From positions 1 through 64,000 of IMG/VR virus record IMGVR_UViG_3300012920_000029: DNA of 64,000 bases; one strand, 5' to 3'. Made by a program: the position numbers and the translations under genes. This DNA comes from a virus. This document shows, piece after piece, positions 10,586 through 21,567 of the stretch. The number at the start of each line of letters is the position of its first letter. The stretch's first letter is position 1. The notes beneath the pieces are model-generated. The model made no database searches. It saw only the letters and a program-made list of their open reading frames with translations, and was not told where the DNA came from.

Positions 10586-10926
10586 GTAAGCCCTGGGGTA
10601 GTGCTAGAGCACAAATGCTTTTATGGGGCATAGAAATACCTCCTAGAGGCAGTGCTAGAAGCTGGATCATGGAGGAGATGGTTCACAGAGAGCGTATGCG
10701 AAAATGGCACTACCACTACTCACAAGTTCTTGGTTTAGCAGCACAAGTAACTGGTGATAAGAATCTGTTAGACAAATTAGCTTCTAGATTAGATAAACTT
10801 TTTAATATGGAGCTACATATCCCGGAATCCTATGATTTTATAGGAACAGATGGCGATATTGAAGATAGAGTTTCTCCTTCTGACGAAGAACTCCTAAACA
10901 TGTTAGACAGGATACCAGATGTATAA
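10582..10926 (+). CDS. Tail assembly chaperone frameshift extension (gpT-like)
   Basis: -1 frame open from the slippery site (LSKPWGSARAQMLLWG...) to 10926, directly before tape measure. Confidence 0.65.
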   Translation, partial: LSKPWGSARAQMLLWGIEIPPRGSARSWIMEEMVHRERMRKWHYHYSQVLGLAAQVTGDKNLLDKLASRLDKLFNMELHIPESYDFIGTDGDIEDRVSPSDEELLNMLDRIPDV

Positions 10927-13900
10927 CCAAGTCCAGGGCACTTACCCCCAACTAGCAGGTAGTTTTTACAACGCACAAGGCATGATGCCTCATGACAATG
11001 GTAGGACTGCTCATCAAGTACCTACTTTTTTTGGTGGCTTACAGAACATGATGTCTGCTAGTCATGCGATGACTAACTACCGGAACATACCTTTAGGGCA
11101 GAGTATATTAAGAACACAAGCTCAAGCAGGTCAGCAATATGCAAATAATATGGGAGCTGTCATAGGAGGAATAGGAACAGGAACTACTCTTGTAACAGCA
11201 GGAGCTGGTTTAGCGGCTATGGGAGGAGTAGGTGCAGGAACTGCGTTAGGATCTGCTCTTGGGATAGTAGGTGGGGGATTCGGTATGGGGGCTAGTATAG
11301 CTATAGGAGCCACTGTACATTCGTACAAAAAAAAGATGCGTGAAATTGAAGAGATGCGCCAGTTAACCCAACACGGTAATTTTGGGTATGGTTTAACAGA
11401 TCCTTTTACAGGGCATATGACTAGAGCTAACGCTTTAAACCTAAGCTCTAGTTTAGGTGGGGCAGCTAGAGCAAGTGATTTTAAATCTTCTGATTTTAAA
11501 AAAATCACAGGCATGGCTAGTAACATGGGGATGCTTTCAGGCACCAATAATATTGGTGAAATAACAAAAAAAATTACCGACCTAGCTAAGGCGTCTAGAG
11601 AGATAGTAATGTTAGGTGAAGGTATTTCTATGAATGATGCTATGAACCTTCAGAAGCTAACTCAAGATATGGGCATAGATACAGGTAAGTTTAGAGCAAT
11701 GGGCTTAGGCAAGAACTTAGTTACTGCTGCTAGAGCAGCTAGAGTATCTATGGATCAAGCAGCTCAGATGGGCGGACAAGGAGCTATTACTTTTCAACAA
11801 ATGGGTCTAGGTGCTGCTTCTGGTATGAATGCCGCATTCAGTATGAGCAATGCAGCTCAAGCACTAGTAAACACAGGCTCTATAGATCAGAGACTTCTTA
11901 AGCAGTTGGGCGGGGTACAAGGCCTAGGACAAAACTTAATTGCTGGGCAAGCGAGTACTATGGGTAGACTAGCAGACACCCTAGTTATGGGTGCTGCTAA
12001 AATGGACCCTGATGGAAACTTTCGCATAGATAGAGAGTTATTAGATCAATTTACTAGAGGAGATGTCTCTAGGGAAGATATGATTCGTAGAGGCAAAAAT
12101 CTAGGTAAAGGCCTAAGTAAATTTGAAAGAAGCCGAATGTTAGAACAACTAAACCGTCAAATGCCTGAATTAAAACAACAAGTAACTGATTCGTTAAACA
12201 ATGAAGAAATTATGCAAATTCAAGGCCAAGAGGTTATGGCTTTAAAAGAGCGTACTGGAATGAGTATGCGCCAAGCCGCTAATGCTTATTTTCAAGATGC
12301 AGGACAAGCAGACTCATTTCTAGCGTATGCCCAAAACTTTAGTAAAGTCAGGTCTGAAAGTCGTAGACAACAACGCATAACAGCTACTGAAGAAATGTAT
12401 AGATACGGAGGTATGTCTAAGAGTAATTCACTACTTAATAGAATGGGTAGAGGCGCCACTGAACTAGGGTCAGATTTTATAGATTTTATGCTTAGAGGGA
12501 CCGATCAACTAGGAGAGCATATAGCTAAGCAAGTAGCTGACGAGCAAGATAGGATAGCTAGAGGCTCTGCTAGGCTATTTAGTCATTTAGATGTCGAAGA
12601 AGGTCCTAGAATAAACTTCACTGCTAGCGATCTAGTAAATTCACAAGACATTGGGAGAAGCAGACTTGGAACATCTAAGGTTGAGATGTTAGAAAAGCTA
12701 GGAGCAGAAAAGTACATGGAACGTATGGGAATAGACGGTATTTTTGACTTTGGAGGTGGAGGTTTAGCAGAGAGAGTAATGGAAGCAGAGTTTGGTGAAA
12801 TGAATCCACTAAGTAAGGCACTTAGAGGACATTACTCAGGATTTGAGTATAGTTACGGTAATTATGATGAACGTTTAGAAGGTGTTCTTATAAGTCAGGC
12901 TCAGTTAACTGATGAGGCGGATTTAATTAATCAAATACAAGAAGACGCTAGAGATTATAGTAGAAAAGATAAGCGTAGCAGAAGGGTATTTGAAGAATCT
13001 TTAAAAGAACTAACTAAGATAGGAGAGCAACGCCAAAGAGGCGATGTAACAAATATACATGACATGACTCCTAGTATGGTAGCCATGAAGTTAGGCGTAG
13101 ATATTGGAGATAAACAAGTTAGAGCTGCTATAGGTAAAGCGTTTAGCACAGTTATGGAGGGTAAGGGATCTGCAAATGCTCGTATAGGGCTATCAACAAT
13201 GATGGCTGAGCTAGGAGGAATAGTGGGTTACACGGATAAACTTGAAGATAAAGGTAATTTTGAAGAAGACGTACTTAGCTTAGGTAGAGGAGGCTCTCTT
13301 AAAGCTGAAGGTTTAGACAAAGCCCTATACGAATCCAATATAGGGGGAGATGATTTAAAAAAGATAATCGATGCTATTGCTAGAACCCCTGAGATGTTTC
13401 AAGGAAATACTCCCTACAATATTGCAGAAGTGTTTGATGAAGCAGGTATAAAAGATTTCTCTAAGTTTAATATGGGAGGGGTAAAAACCCTTATAGATGT
13501 AATTAGAGGAGGCACAGTTACTAGACAGGATAAGGAAGGTAAATCAGAATCTTTCTCTTTAGGGACACAGCATCTGTTAGACTTAGATCTTTCTAATATA
13601 CGTAGTAACTTTGTTGAGACTAGAAAAAACAGGATACTCAGCGAAGAAAGAAAAAAATTCAATAGAAGAATAGGTCAGAATTTAGGAAATGCTAAAGGGG
13701 GAGAGCTTATAAGAGACCTTAAGAAAGGAAGTATAGGCCCTTTTTCTAGATACCAAGATCAAGCTACCCAGGTAATATTAGACCAGATTATGAAACAAGA
13801 AGGGGTCCAGAAGGACATAGATGATGTAGTAGAATATGATCTCGAAAGATTTGAAAAAGAACTAGAGTCTAGGGTAGACGCCAATGTGGCTGCAGGTAGG

Positions 13901-14581
13901 AATCGTTTTGAAGGTTTTTCAGAAGCAGATAGGAACTATTTTATAAATACTTATAGGCATAGTAAAACAAATGAACATACAGTTAAAGTAAGGAACCAAA
14001 AAAGAAAAGAACTTAGAAAACAAGCTTCCGATCATGTAAGAGAAATTCAAGAAAGGCATGTAAAAGATGAAGACGTTAATAAAGAGCTAATTAATGAAAA
14101 AGCTAAAGAACTCTTAGAAAAAGATAAAGAGAAATACTCTACAGCTCTATTCAACAAAGATGCTACTACCCTTAAACAAGTACTAGAAGGGCTTACATTT
14201 GGAGCCGAGGATCCCGACAAGAAAAAAGCTTATCAGAACTTAATGAATAAAGACTATTTTGAGGAGTTAGAGTCTGAGTATCAAGCGACTAGAGTTAATC
14301 TTAAACTATCGGGAGCCTCTCAAGAGGAAGTGCAAAAAGCTAAAGACGAAATGATACTTAAGATAGCTAACGAAGTAGCTAAGGCAGGCGAGGGTAAGAC
14401 TAAAAAAGACGAGTCTTTAAAATTAGAAGATGTTATGGCCAATGTAGCTAAAGCTTTAGATGGTCAAAATCAAATACTAAATAGAATAGCCACTTCAGCA
14501 AAAGACGGTAAGATGGAGCTAATACTAACAGCGAGTACAGGCTCAAAATCTAGTAAACCAGCAGATGGAGAAGACCCATAA
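10919..14581 (+). CDS. Tail tape measure protein
   Basis: 1220 aa; G/A/M-rich helical N-half with a hydrophobic glycine-rich segment; position after the chaperone pair. Confidence 0.7.
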   Translation: MYNQVQGTYPQLAGSFYNAQGMMPHDNGRTAHQVPTFFGGLQNMMSASHAMTNYRNIPLGQSILRTQAQAGQQYANNMGAVIGGIGTGTTLVTAGAGLAAMGGVGAGTALGSALGIVGGGFGMGASIAIGATVHSYKKKMREIEEMRQLTQHGNFGYGLTDPFTGHMTRANALNLSSSLGGAARASDFKSSDFKKITGMASNMGMLSGTNNIGEITKKITDLAKASREIVMLGEGISMNDAMNLQKLTQDMGIDTGKFRAMGLGKNLVTAARAARVSMDQAAQMGGQGAITFQQMGLGAASGMNAAFSMSNAAQALVNTGSIDQRLLKQLGGVQGLGQNLIAGQASTMGRLADTLVMGAAKMDPDGNFRIDRELLDQFTRGDVSREDMIRRGKNLGKGLSKFERSRMLEQLNRQMPELKQQVTDSLNNEEIMQIQGQEVMALKERTGMSMRQAANAYFQDAGQADSFLAYAQNFSKVRSESRRQQRITATEEMYRYGGMSKSNSLLNRMGRGATELGSDFIDFMLRGTDQLGEHIAKQVADEQDRIARGSARLFSHLDVEEGPRINFTASDLVNSQDIGRSRLGTSKVEMLEKLGAEKYMERMGIDGIFDFGGGGLAERVMEAEFGEMNPLSKALRGHYSGFEYSYGNYDERLEGVLISQAQLTDEADLINQIQEDARDYSRKDKRSRRVFEESLKELTKIGEQRQRGDVTNIHDMTPSMVAMKLGVDIGDKQVRAAIGKAFSTVMEGKGSANARIGLSTMMAELGGIVGYTDKLEDKGNFEEDVLSLGRGGSLKAEGLDKALYESNIGGDDLKKIIDAIARTPEMFQGNTPYNIAEVFDEAGIKDFSKFNMGGVKTLIDVIRGGTVTRQDKEGKSESFSLGTQHLLDLDLSNIRSNFVETRKNRILSEERKKFNRRIGQNLGNAKGGELIRDLKKGSIGPFSRYQDQATQVILDQIMKQEGVQKDIDDVVEYDLERFEKELESRVDANVAAGRNRFEGFSEADRNYFINTYRHSKTNEHTVKVRNQKRKELRKQASDHVREIQERHVKDEDVNKELINEKAKELLEKDKEKYSTALFNKDATTLKQVLEGLTFGAEDPDKKKAYQNLMNKDYFEELESEYQATRVNLKLSGASQEEVQKAKDEMILKIANEVAKAGEGKTKKDESLKLEDVMANVAKALDGQNQILNRIATSAKDGKMELILTASTGSKSSKPADGEDP

Positions 14582-14787
14582 TGAGCACACCTCTACAACA
14601 AAGATACATACTACCTACCAGTAATAGTCTCTTATGCTACAGGCTCATGGAGTGCATTGCAGATCATAAGAATAGCAAAGAGCATAAGTACGACCACTTT
14701 CCTACTTATAATCTTTCTATGGCTGTTGCTGATCAAAATACTGTTCTTATGACTGAGGTTTCTCAGCAGGGAAGGCTAGGAGATTAA
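14581..14787 (+). CDS. Hypothetical protein
   Basis: Coupled (TAATG) to tape measure. Confidence 0.45.
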   Translation: MSTPLQQRYILPTSNSLLCYRLMECIADHKNSKEHKYDHFPTYNLSMAVADQNTVLMTEVSQQGRLGD

Positions 14788-14788
14788 G

Positions 14789-16195
14789 ATGCGATATAAT
14801 GGTGTGTACTCCAGTGCAGAGTCTGGAGTAAAAAAAGGTTCTAGCTCTTTATTTAACTATAACTCAGGGCAGTTTTCGGTTATAGATAGTAAGAGCAGAC
14901 GCCCTATACTAAGCACGGGAGATTTAGCTAATGCAGATCTTAATGTAGCTAAAATACGGTTAGTTAGTACTATACCTGATAAACCTGTAGATGACTCAAC
15001 TACTCCTACTAATAAGAAAGTGGAGAATAAAGCTTACGTAGGATTTATCTTATCTGCAGTACAAGAACAACATGCTGAAAAGATGCAAGTAGTAAGCCTA
15101 CCAGGAGATGCATATGCTTCGTATTTCTATGGGTCTCAGCCTAGGCAGTTTTCTTTCCAAGGGATACTTCTTAATACAGCAGAAGATCAGTGGAGAGATG
15201 CTTTTGAGCAGATGTATGAAAAATATCTTAGAGGCTCAGCTGCTAGTCGCAGATTTAATATGGTTCAAGTTAGCTATGATAATAGAGTAGTTTCTGGATG
15301 GCTTACTAGTATGAGTCAACAAGTTAGTTCTGCTAGCGACACCTATAATTCCTTCAGTTTCACTATGTTAGTTAGTCGTATAGATATAATTGGAGGTAAC
15401 AAAGAACTCTTCTTAAATTATATGACAAAGCAACAAGGTATACTTACCGATTCGAATATAGAGGCTGATTTCGCAGTACTAAATAATAAAAACTACAACG
15501 CATTAGTTAATCCTGTAAGGACAGGTATGATGAAGACCCCGCCTAGACCTAAGCGGGGTGGTAAGCGTTCTAGACCTACTAACGATTGCCCATTTACCCG
15601 ACCAACAGGGCAAGGCGGCCAACCTAATAATGCTGGAGGACCCACCATCTCCACCGATTTTAGAACAACTGCTGAGTGTACTATCACAGAAGCTTTTATA
15701 GCTAAAAAACAAGAAATAGACCACCTAGAAAAACAACTTGAAGAAGCTAAAAAAGATTCAAGTAAAGCTACTCAAGAAGATGTAATGAAACTACGCGCGG
15801 AGTATGCTAGACAGATAAATTTATATAATGAAAAAGCAGCAGAATTACAAGATGAGCTACAAGCAGAGTATCATGAAGCTTTAACAAGAAAAGGAGATGC
15901 TGGAGGTAACGCCTATTCTATAAAAGATCCTAGTAAAAAAAACTCAAGCACACTTATAAAGGTAAACACTTTTGCCCCCGGAAATGTAGTGACACAAAAT
16001 GAATACGGAGAATCACTTAATTCAAAAGTAGTTGTAACTGCTTCTGTAACTACACTGCAGCAAAACCAAAGATTGATAGATGACTCCTTGGCTAAATCAA
16101 GAGTTAGGGATGAAGCTAAGAAGGCTAAAGAAAAGAAAGCAAAAAACGACAGAGACTCCGCTACTCTAGATAACTTATTAAACTCTGGAGAATAA
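14789..16195 (+). CDS. Putative tail tube initiator/baseplate protein
   Basis: YFYGSQPRQFSFQG.L...V.GWL.S...FSFTMLV, resembling tube-fold proteins; follows tape measure. Confidence 0.5.
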   Translation: MRYNGVYSSAESGVKKGSSSLFNYNSGQFSVIDSKSRRPILSTGDLANADLNVAKIRLVSTIPDKPVDDSTTPTNKKVENKAYVGFILSAVQEQHAEKMQVVSLPGDAYASYFYGSQPRQFSFQGILLNTAEDQWRDAFEQMYEKYLRGSAASRRFNMVQVSYDNRVVSGWLTSMSQQVSSASDTYNSFSFTMLVSRIDIIGGNKELFLNYMTKQQGILTDSNIEADFAVLNNKNYNALVNPVRTGMMKTPPRPKRGGKRSRPTNDCPFTRPTGQGGQPNNAGGPTISTDFRTTAECTITEAFIAKKQEIDHLEKQLEEAKKDSSKATQEDVMKLRAEYARQINLYNEKAAELQDELQAEYHEALTRKGDAGGNAYSIKDPSKKNSSTLIKVNTFAPGNVVTQNEYGESLNSKVVVTASVTTLQQNQRLIDDSLAKSRVRDEAKKAKEKKAKNDRDSATLDNLLNSGE

Positions 16196-16197
16196 AC

Positions 16198-17004
16198 ATG
16201 ATACTCGATACTTATCAGCACATTGTAATAGAAACAAGCTCACCAGTAACTGAGAATCAAGTAACAGTTACTCTTAGCTCTGATTTTTATACCCCTACGC
16301 TAGAGGTGTTTTCAGACCAGTACTACTTAAAAATTAACACTAATTCTGTAGAAATACATCCTAACATGGAGTGGATTCCCTCGACTACTATAACTGTTAT
16401 AGTAGAAGGTGATACTCACACCTTTACTACTAAGGAAGACTTCTACTACTATTTACCAGAACAAGTAGCTTACTCTAAAAACTTTATAACACAACAAGAC
16501 CCTTGGGACGAGTTATTAAAGTTGGGTTTAACCACCACTGAAGAAATAAATTTACTAAAATCTTTGCCAGAAGGAATAAGTAAGGTAGGGCATAAGTTAT
16601 CTAAGTGTTTGGTAGGAGCTTTTTTATACAATAACACTGTAGAGAATAAAGCTATAACACTTCTAAAAGGCTTACGTAGAGCCATGCAGCTACTCGTTAT
16701 ATTAGAGCTTGAGGTTTTAGTAGAATACTTTTTGTTTACACCAGGACCTAGTATAGACTGGTTTAGAAAAGCAGCAATACCATTTTCAGTATCTGACGAT
16801 GAAGTATTCACTAGATTTGCTAAAATAGCTGTAGATATAGATAAACTAGAAGCTAAGTTAATTAGCTCTGATATGAACATTGCTGTTATAGATTCTTTAA
16901 AGTACCATATATCTCCCGACTCAGATTACTACGAATTAGTAAGAGCAATAACCTTGTATTTCATGGCTTTAAGGTATTACAGCAATGGCGAATTTAGCTA
17001 CTAG
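16198..17004 (+). CDS. Hypothetical protein (tail module)
   Basis: 268-aa ORF with GGAG RBS, in operon. Confidence 0.55.
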   Translation: MILDTYQHIVIETSSPVTENQVTVTLSSDFYTPTLEVFSDQYYLKINTNSVEIHPNMEWIPSTTITVIVEGDTHTFTTKEDFYYYLPEQVAYSKNFITQQDPWDELLKLGLTTTEEINLLKSLPEGISKVGHKLSKCLVGAFLYNNTVENKAITLLKGLRRAMQLLVILELEVLVEYFLFTPGPSIDWFRKAAIPFSVSDDEVFTRFAKIAVDIDKLEAKLISSDMNIAVIDSLKYHISPDSDYYELVRAITLYFMALRYYSNGEFSY

Positions 17005-19972
17005 AATTGATTTCAAAGTTTACATAGCAGGAGTGCTTGTACCTGCTTCTCAAGTAACCGTAAGTACCCAAGTACCGGGAGTAGCTACGGCCCAGCTAAG
17101 CTTACCAGCACATCCTTTAATATTTGGCTTAGGTGAGGGAGACAGACTACAAGTAGCTATTTTTTATTTAGATTCCTCTGACCCTTCGGGAGAGCTACAT
17201 TGGAATTTGTTATTTGAGGGATATCTAACTAGCTCTAGCTACTCAGCATCATCTAGTAATAGAGAGATAATTTTTTCGGCAGTCAGTAATATAAGTGCTA
17301 TGGATTCACTTTTCCTAGAGTTTCTTGGAGGGAAAGGGAACGGAAAGTTAGGAAAGCCAGATAAAAATACTCCCAATGAAATTACCTTAAAAGGTAATTA
17401 CCCTAGGAGGCTATTTACAGAAGGCCTTAATAATAAGACCTATATAAAAAGACCTTTTGATCTAATTGGAAATATTTTTTTAGCTACTACGGGTCGCTTT
17501 TTAGACAGAGATATAGCTAAGAAATCCACAAAATCTTTAGATGTGTATATAGCCAAACAGAAAGATATACTAAAAAATAACCGTAGGTTAAAGCTAGCTC
17601 AGTTTAGTGGAGATGAGGCTCTCACAAAAGAGTTCTTAATAGCTGAATTAAATACATTAAAAGACAAATTCGAATCTCCTACGGAGAAATTAGAGGTGGA
17701 GGCAGGTATAGACTCTGTTCTTAATGGTTACGGATTTATAACAAGGGATAGAACCACAGAAGAATCTTTACTAGAGCTGTTATCAGGATTCGACGCTAAA
17801 TACTTAAATACCCGAGCTAAAGACACGGTAGGTAAAAGAGATATATCTACTAGATCTAATGTTAACACTGGGTTTTTTGCTAGATACTTTAACCTAACCA
17901 AGTTAGAGCAGCACTTTGTACCAAGCCCTATAGTAGAAGGTATACCTGATGGCGACAATTCTAAATTACCTTCAGGAATGTTTCCCGTACTTAAAACTAG
18001 TAGGGGGAAAAAATACGTTAGAGCACTCACTAGGCAAACAGGCAGGAAGTTTGGTCAAAATGGTTCTGCTTCTGCTTTAATTAATAATTTGTTTACTATA
18101 ATGAATTACGAATTACTAGATGTTCTAGCACCTGGGATATTCGAAGTAGACGATAACGGGATGCCAAAAGGTGAGTTTAATAAAGATAAAAAAAATAGTA
18201 TAGCCCAGCATATAACAAAGCCTTTTACTGCTTATGGTATACCACCTTCTTGTAACGTGCTATTTCCGTGCATGGTAACTTCTTGGAATATAAGCAATAA
18301 CTACGCAGCCCCTCCAACTAGGGTTTATTATGAAAGACGCAGTCAAGGACGTAAATTAGATATAAAGTCTACTAAGAAAGGCTATGCTGATCATGGGACT
18401 AATGTAGGCTACCCAGCTAAAGTAACTAGACATGCTCAAGATGCTAGCAATTCGAAGCGATCTGATATGGAAGTCCTAATTTTTCCAGAAGAATACTATA
18501 GAGGACCTAACCCACAATTTAACGAGATAAATCCTTTTTTGTATGAGATAAAAAAGCAGGAGAATAGTAGGCGTATAGATGGAGTCACAAAAATTCCTAA
18601 AGACTCTATACAGCAACTTAGCGATGATTCTATACCGGGAGACCAAGTAAATTTTTTAGAGGAAGCCCTACTTAAAGCTTCTGCAAAAGGAAACGATAGT
18701 TACGGCCTTTTTGTAAAACAAGCTCAAGTAGACTATATGAATGGCCGAACTATGGCTACTAGTTTATCAGTAAACTCTGTGTTTAACCCTAATATGATAG
18801 CGGGATTCAGCTCCATACTGTTTGATTCTGAGGATACAAACATACACTGTATAGGCTATGTTAGGCAGGTATCACATACTCTATCTGCACAAGGGATGGC
18901 TTCAACTACTATAGCAATGACTAATGTACGAACCTTGAAAGACATGCTAATAGGAATACTAAATCAAGGTGCTAAATATATAGTACATCCTACGGAACCT
19001 TTAACAGAGGTCAGAGAAGTATTTCAGGTTCCTGAAGTAGCTAATTTATACTATAAATACCTGCTTTACTTAGGTAGAGAAGAAACCACTAACCTAGATA
19101 GTTATGAACTAGAATTAAAAAAAGCAGAACAAGCAGTTATCGATCAAGAACAGAATATAGACTACATAGAGACTGAGCAGTTAACTCCTGAGAATATGGA
19201 AGAAGTTATAGCTAGAGAGACTGCGGAATTAATTGAGTTACAAAATAAGAGAGACGCTATAAGTGCTAAAATTGCTAGTGAAGTACAAGCATCAGAAGAT
19301 GATCAGAGAGATACTTTTGTAATGAATTGGCCTAAATTCTTTAATCTAACCACGGTTACTAAAAATTCAGAAACAGAGGTATCTCCGTTAAGTAACTACA
19401 TAGGTTCAGAAAGATTAACTAAAAGCAAAGAAGAGCTAAGAGATGACTACAAGAAAGCGATCAGAGGGTTTTTAACACCTAAAAAAGAGTTAGAACCTTT
19501 CTTTAATAATTTAGCGGTAGCGGTTAGATATACCAGACGGCCGATATGCACACTGGAAAAGTACATAGACTTCTATAAAACAGCCCCCGATTTTATAAAC
19601 CCAAACTCAGATTTAATGGGAGGAAGAGGTAGAGGTACACGAGCTAAAAAGCAGTACTTAGATAATGAGAATGGACAAGCTCCGTACTATTCTATAATAC
19701 GTGAATTTGTAGGTGGGCCAGGGGTAGAACCAGGAGCTACTATAGGAGATAGTATATTACGGCCTTCGGAATTAGCTAATCCGAGTCAAGCAGATTACCA
19801 GCTACTATTTAGAACTGCTGGGGTACAGGATACAGCTATATCTCAAAAAATATTTGCCCAGTTAAGAAAAGGGCAAAGAGCAACCGTGCAGGATTTACCA
19901 GATTTATCAAAAGATTTTCAAGAGCTACTTCTTTTGTATAGCGATATAATTAAGACTAAAGGAGAATTATAA
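16985..19972 (+). CDS. Putative baseplate hub protein
   Basis: N-terminal VYIAGV.VP..QVTV..A.LSLP and late FNPN..AGF...GYV..VSH.LS segments resembling gp27/gpD hubs; genomic position. Confidence 0.55.
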   Translation: MANLATRIDFKVYIAGVLVPASQVTVSTQVPGVATAQLSLPAHPLIFGLGEGDRLQVAIFYLDSSDPSGELHWNLLFEGYLTSSSYSASSSNREIIFSAVSNISAMDSLFLEFLGGKGNGKLGKPDKNTPNEITLKGNYPRRLFTEGLNNKTYIKRPFDLIGNIFLATTGRFLDRDIAKKSTKSLDVYIAKQKDILKNNRRLKLAQFSGDEALTKEFLIAELNTLKDKFESPTEKLEVEAGIDSVLNGYGFITRDRTTEESLLELLSGFDAKYLNTRAKDTVGKRDISTRSNVNTGFFARYFNLTKLEQHFVPSPIVEGIPDGDNSKLPSGMFPVLKTSRGKKYVRALTRQTGRKFGQNGSASALINNLFTIMNYELLDVLAPGIFEVDDNGMPKGEFNKDKKNSIAQHITKPFTAYGIPPSCNVLFPCMVTSWNISNNYAAPPTRVYYERRSQGRKLDIKSTKKGYADHGTNVGYPAKVTRHAQDASNSKRSDMEVLIFPEEYYRGPNPQFNEINPFLYEIKKQENSRRIDGVTKIPKDSIQQLSDDSIPGDQVNFLEEALLKASAKGNDSYGLFVKQAQVDYMNGRTMATSLSVNSVFNPNMIAGFSSILFDSEDTNIHCIGYVRQVSHTLSAQGMASTTIAMTNVRTLKDMLIGILNQGAKYIVHPTEPLTEVREVFQVPEVANLYYKYLLYLGREETTNLDSYELELKKAEQAVIDQEQNIDYIETEQLTPENMEEVIARETAELIELQNKRDAISAKIASEVQASEDDQRDTFVMNWPKFFNLTTVTKNSETEVSPLSNYIGSERLTKSKEELRDDYKKAIRGFLTPKKELEPFFNNLAVAVRYTRRPICTLEKYIDFYKTAPDFINPNSDLMGGRGRGTRAKKQYLDNENGQAPYYSIIREFVGGPGVEPGATIGDSILRPSELANPSQADYQLLFRTAGVQDTAISQKIFAQLRKGQRATVQDLPDLSKDFQELLLLYSDIIKTKGEL

Positions 19973-20673
19973 TGGCTAGATATAATGCACAAGACGATAT
20001 CAATGCTTGGCAAGCATGGAAGAGTTCTGGTGATAGACAAGACCTAGGTAATCTGTTTAAAAGGGTAGAACCCATAATACAAAAAGAAGTTAGTAGATGG
20101 TCTTCAGGGCCTGTAGCAAGACCCGTACTTAACTTAGAAGCTAAGAAGCTTAGTTTAAATGCATTTAAAACCTTCGATCCTTCTAAGGCCAGGCTTAATA
20201 CGCATCTTACTAATAACTTAAAAGGGTTAAGTAGGATAGTGTACACACATACTAATCCAGCACGTATGCCAGAACACCAAGTTCTTAAGATGAATAGTTT
20301 CCTTACTGTCAGAAATTCTTTAGAAGAGGAATTAGGAAGAGATCCAACTACAGTGGAATTAAGTGAAAATCTAGCTTGGAGCCCTAGGGAGGTAGAAGTT
20401 TATCAAGGACAGATGCGTACAGGGTACAGTACTAGCCAGCCAGTTCCTCCAGGGTTTGAAAAATATGATTCAGATCGTGCTTTTATAGATTTTGTATATA
20501 ATGACTTAGCAGATCAAGATAAATTAGTATTTGAGTATACTACAGGGTATGGGGGTAAGAGGGTACTTAGTGCGCAAGAGCTTATTAAAAAAACAGGAAT
20601 GACCCAAGGTCAGATAAGTCACAGTAAAAGACGTATTAGGAGAATGATTGAAGAAGCTAGAGGTATACGATGA
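19972..20673 (+). CDS. Phage sigma-70-family factor
   Basis: AFKTFDPSKARLNTH (region 2-like), EELGRDPT..EL.E.L (region 3), C-terminal HTH. Confidence 0.75.
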   Translation: MARYNAQDDINAWQAWKSSGDRQDLGNLFKRVEPIIQKEVSRWSSGPVARPVLNLEAKKLSLNAFKTFDPSKARLNTHLTNNLKGLSRIVYTHTNPARMPEHQVLKMNSFLTVRNSLEEELGRDPTTVELSENLAWSPREVEVYQGQMRTGYSTSQPVPPGFEKYDSDRAFIDFVYNDLADQDKLVFEYTTGYGGKRVLSAQELIKKTGMTQGQISHSKRRIRRMIEEARGIR

Positions 20674-21092
20674 CGATAGCTTACGACACTATAAAAAACG
20701 AGTTAGAGCAAGTGTCTTCAACCAGTGAGCTAGTTAGTAAAATTAGTGCAACACTAGAGCTAGATTCTATCTTTACGGGATTGGCATCTACGGGTAAAGC
20801 AAAAAAACTACTACCGGACGCGCAGGTATTACAAGATATTCATACCACTTTAAAAGCCTCAGTAGACACGTTAGCTACAAAAGTAACTGATGGAGATAAG
20901 ACTTTAGAAGAAGCCTATTTGCTGCTAGATTTATATAATAGGTGTTTAGCAAATAAAAGAGACTTAGAAAGCTACCTAGACTTACTCTATCCTTTTAAAG
21001 AAAAAAACTTTGTAAAAGAGTTATCTAACGTAGAGCAAGAAGCAAAAAATACCGCTAATAGTTTAAAAATACTGGCTTCTATAGGAGAGTAA
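20670..21092 (+). CDS. Hypothetical protein
   Basis: ATGA-coupled 140-aa ORF. Confidence 0.55.
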   Translation: MTIAYDTIKNELEQVSSTSELVSKISATLELDSIFTGLASTGKAKKLLPDAQVLQDIHTTLKASVDTLATKVTDGDKTLEEAYLLLDLYNRCLANKRDLESYLDLLYPFKEKNFVKELSNVEQEAKNTANSLKILASIGE

Positions 21093-21093
21093 A

Positions 21094-21558
21094 ATGTCTA
21101 GAGATATATCCACATTTCCTGAACCCTTAGAACTCTCTCCCGAAGAAGAGAATATTTTTATCTTTAGAGCAAACTCTATATCTTTTGGGGTAAATAGAGT
21201 AGGAGATCTTATCGGACATGTGAGTAGCTCCTTCACGGCACTAACTAACTTAGTATTAAAAATTTTACTCACTACAAAAGGGTCTGTACCTAGTAAACCA
21301 CAAGAAGGTACAAACCTAAATAATTTAATAAGAAACGGCTACAACCCTAACACTATAAATGAAGATGTAGCCTTAATTCTATTGGATACAGAGACTCAAG
21401 TTAAACAGCTTCAACTTACTAGAGCAGATTCTGATCTAAAAGCTAAACTAGCGAGTTTGCAGTTAAGCGATCTATCTTTAGTAGCCGACTCTCAGCTTAC
21501 ACTTACTATAATAATAACCAATCAGTTAGACCAATCCTTAGCTGTACAGGTTAGTTAG
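21094..21558 (+). CDS. Baseplate wedge protein, gp25/GPW-like
   Basis: LKILLT.KGS.P..P.EGT.L motif; precedes baseplate J-like gene. Confidence 0.7.
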   Translation: MSRDISTFPEPLELSPEEENIFIFRANSISFGVNRVGDLIGHVSSSFTALTNLVLKILLTTKGSVPSKPQEGTNLNNLIRNGYNPNTINEDVALILLDTETQVKQLQLTRADSDLKAKLASLQLSDLSLVADSQLTLTIIITNQLDQSLAVQVS

Positions 21559-21567
21559 GTATTATAT

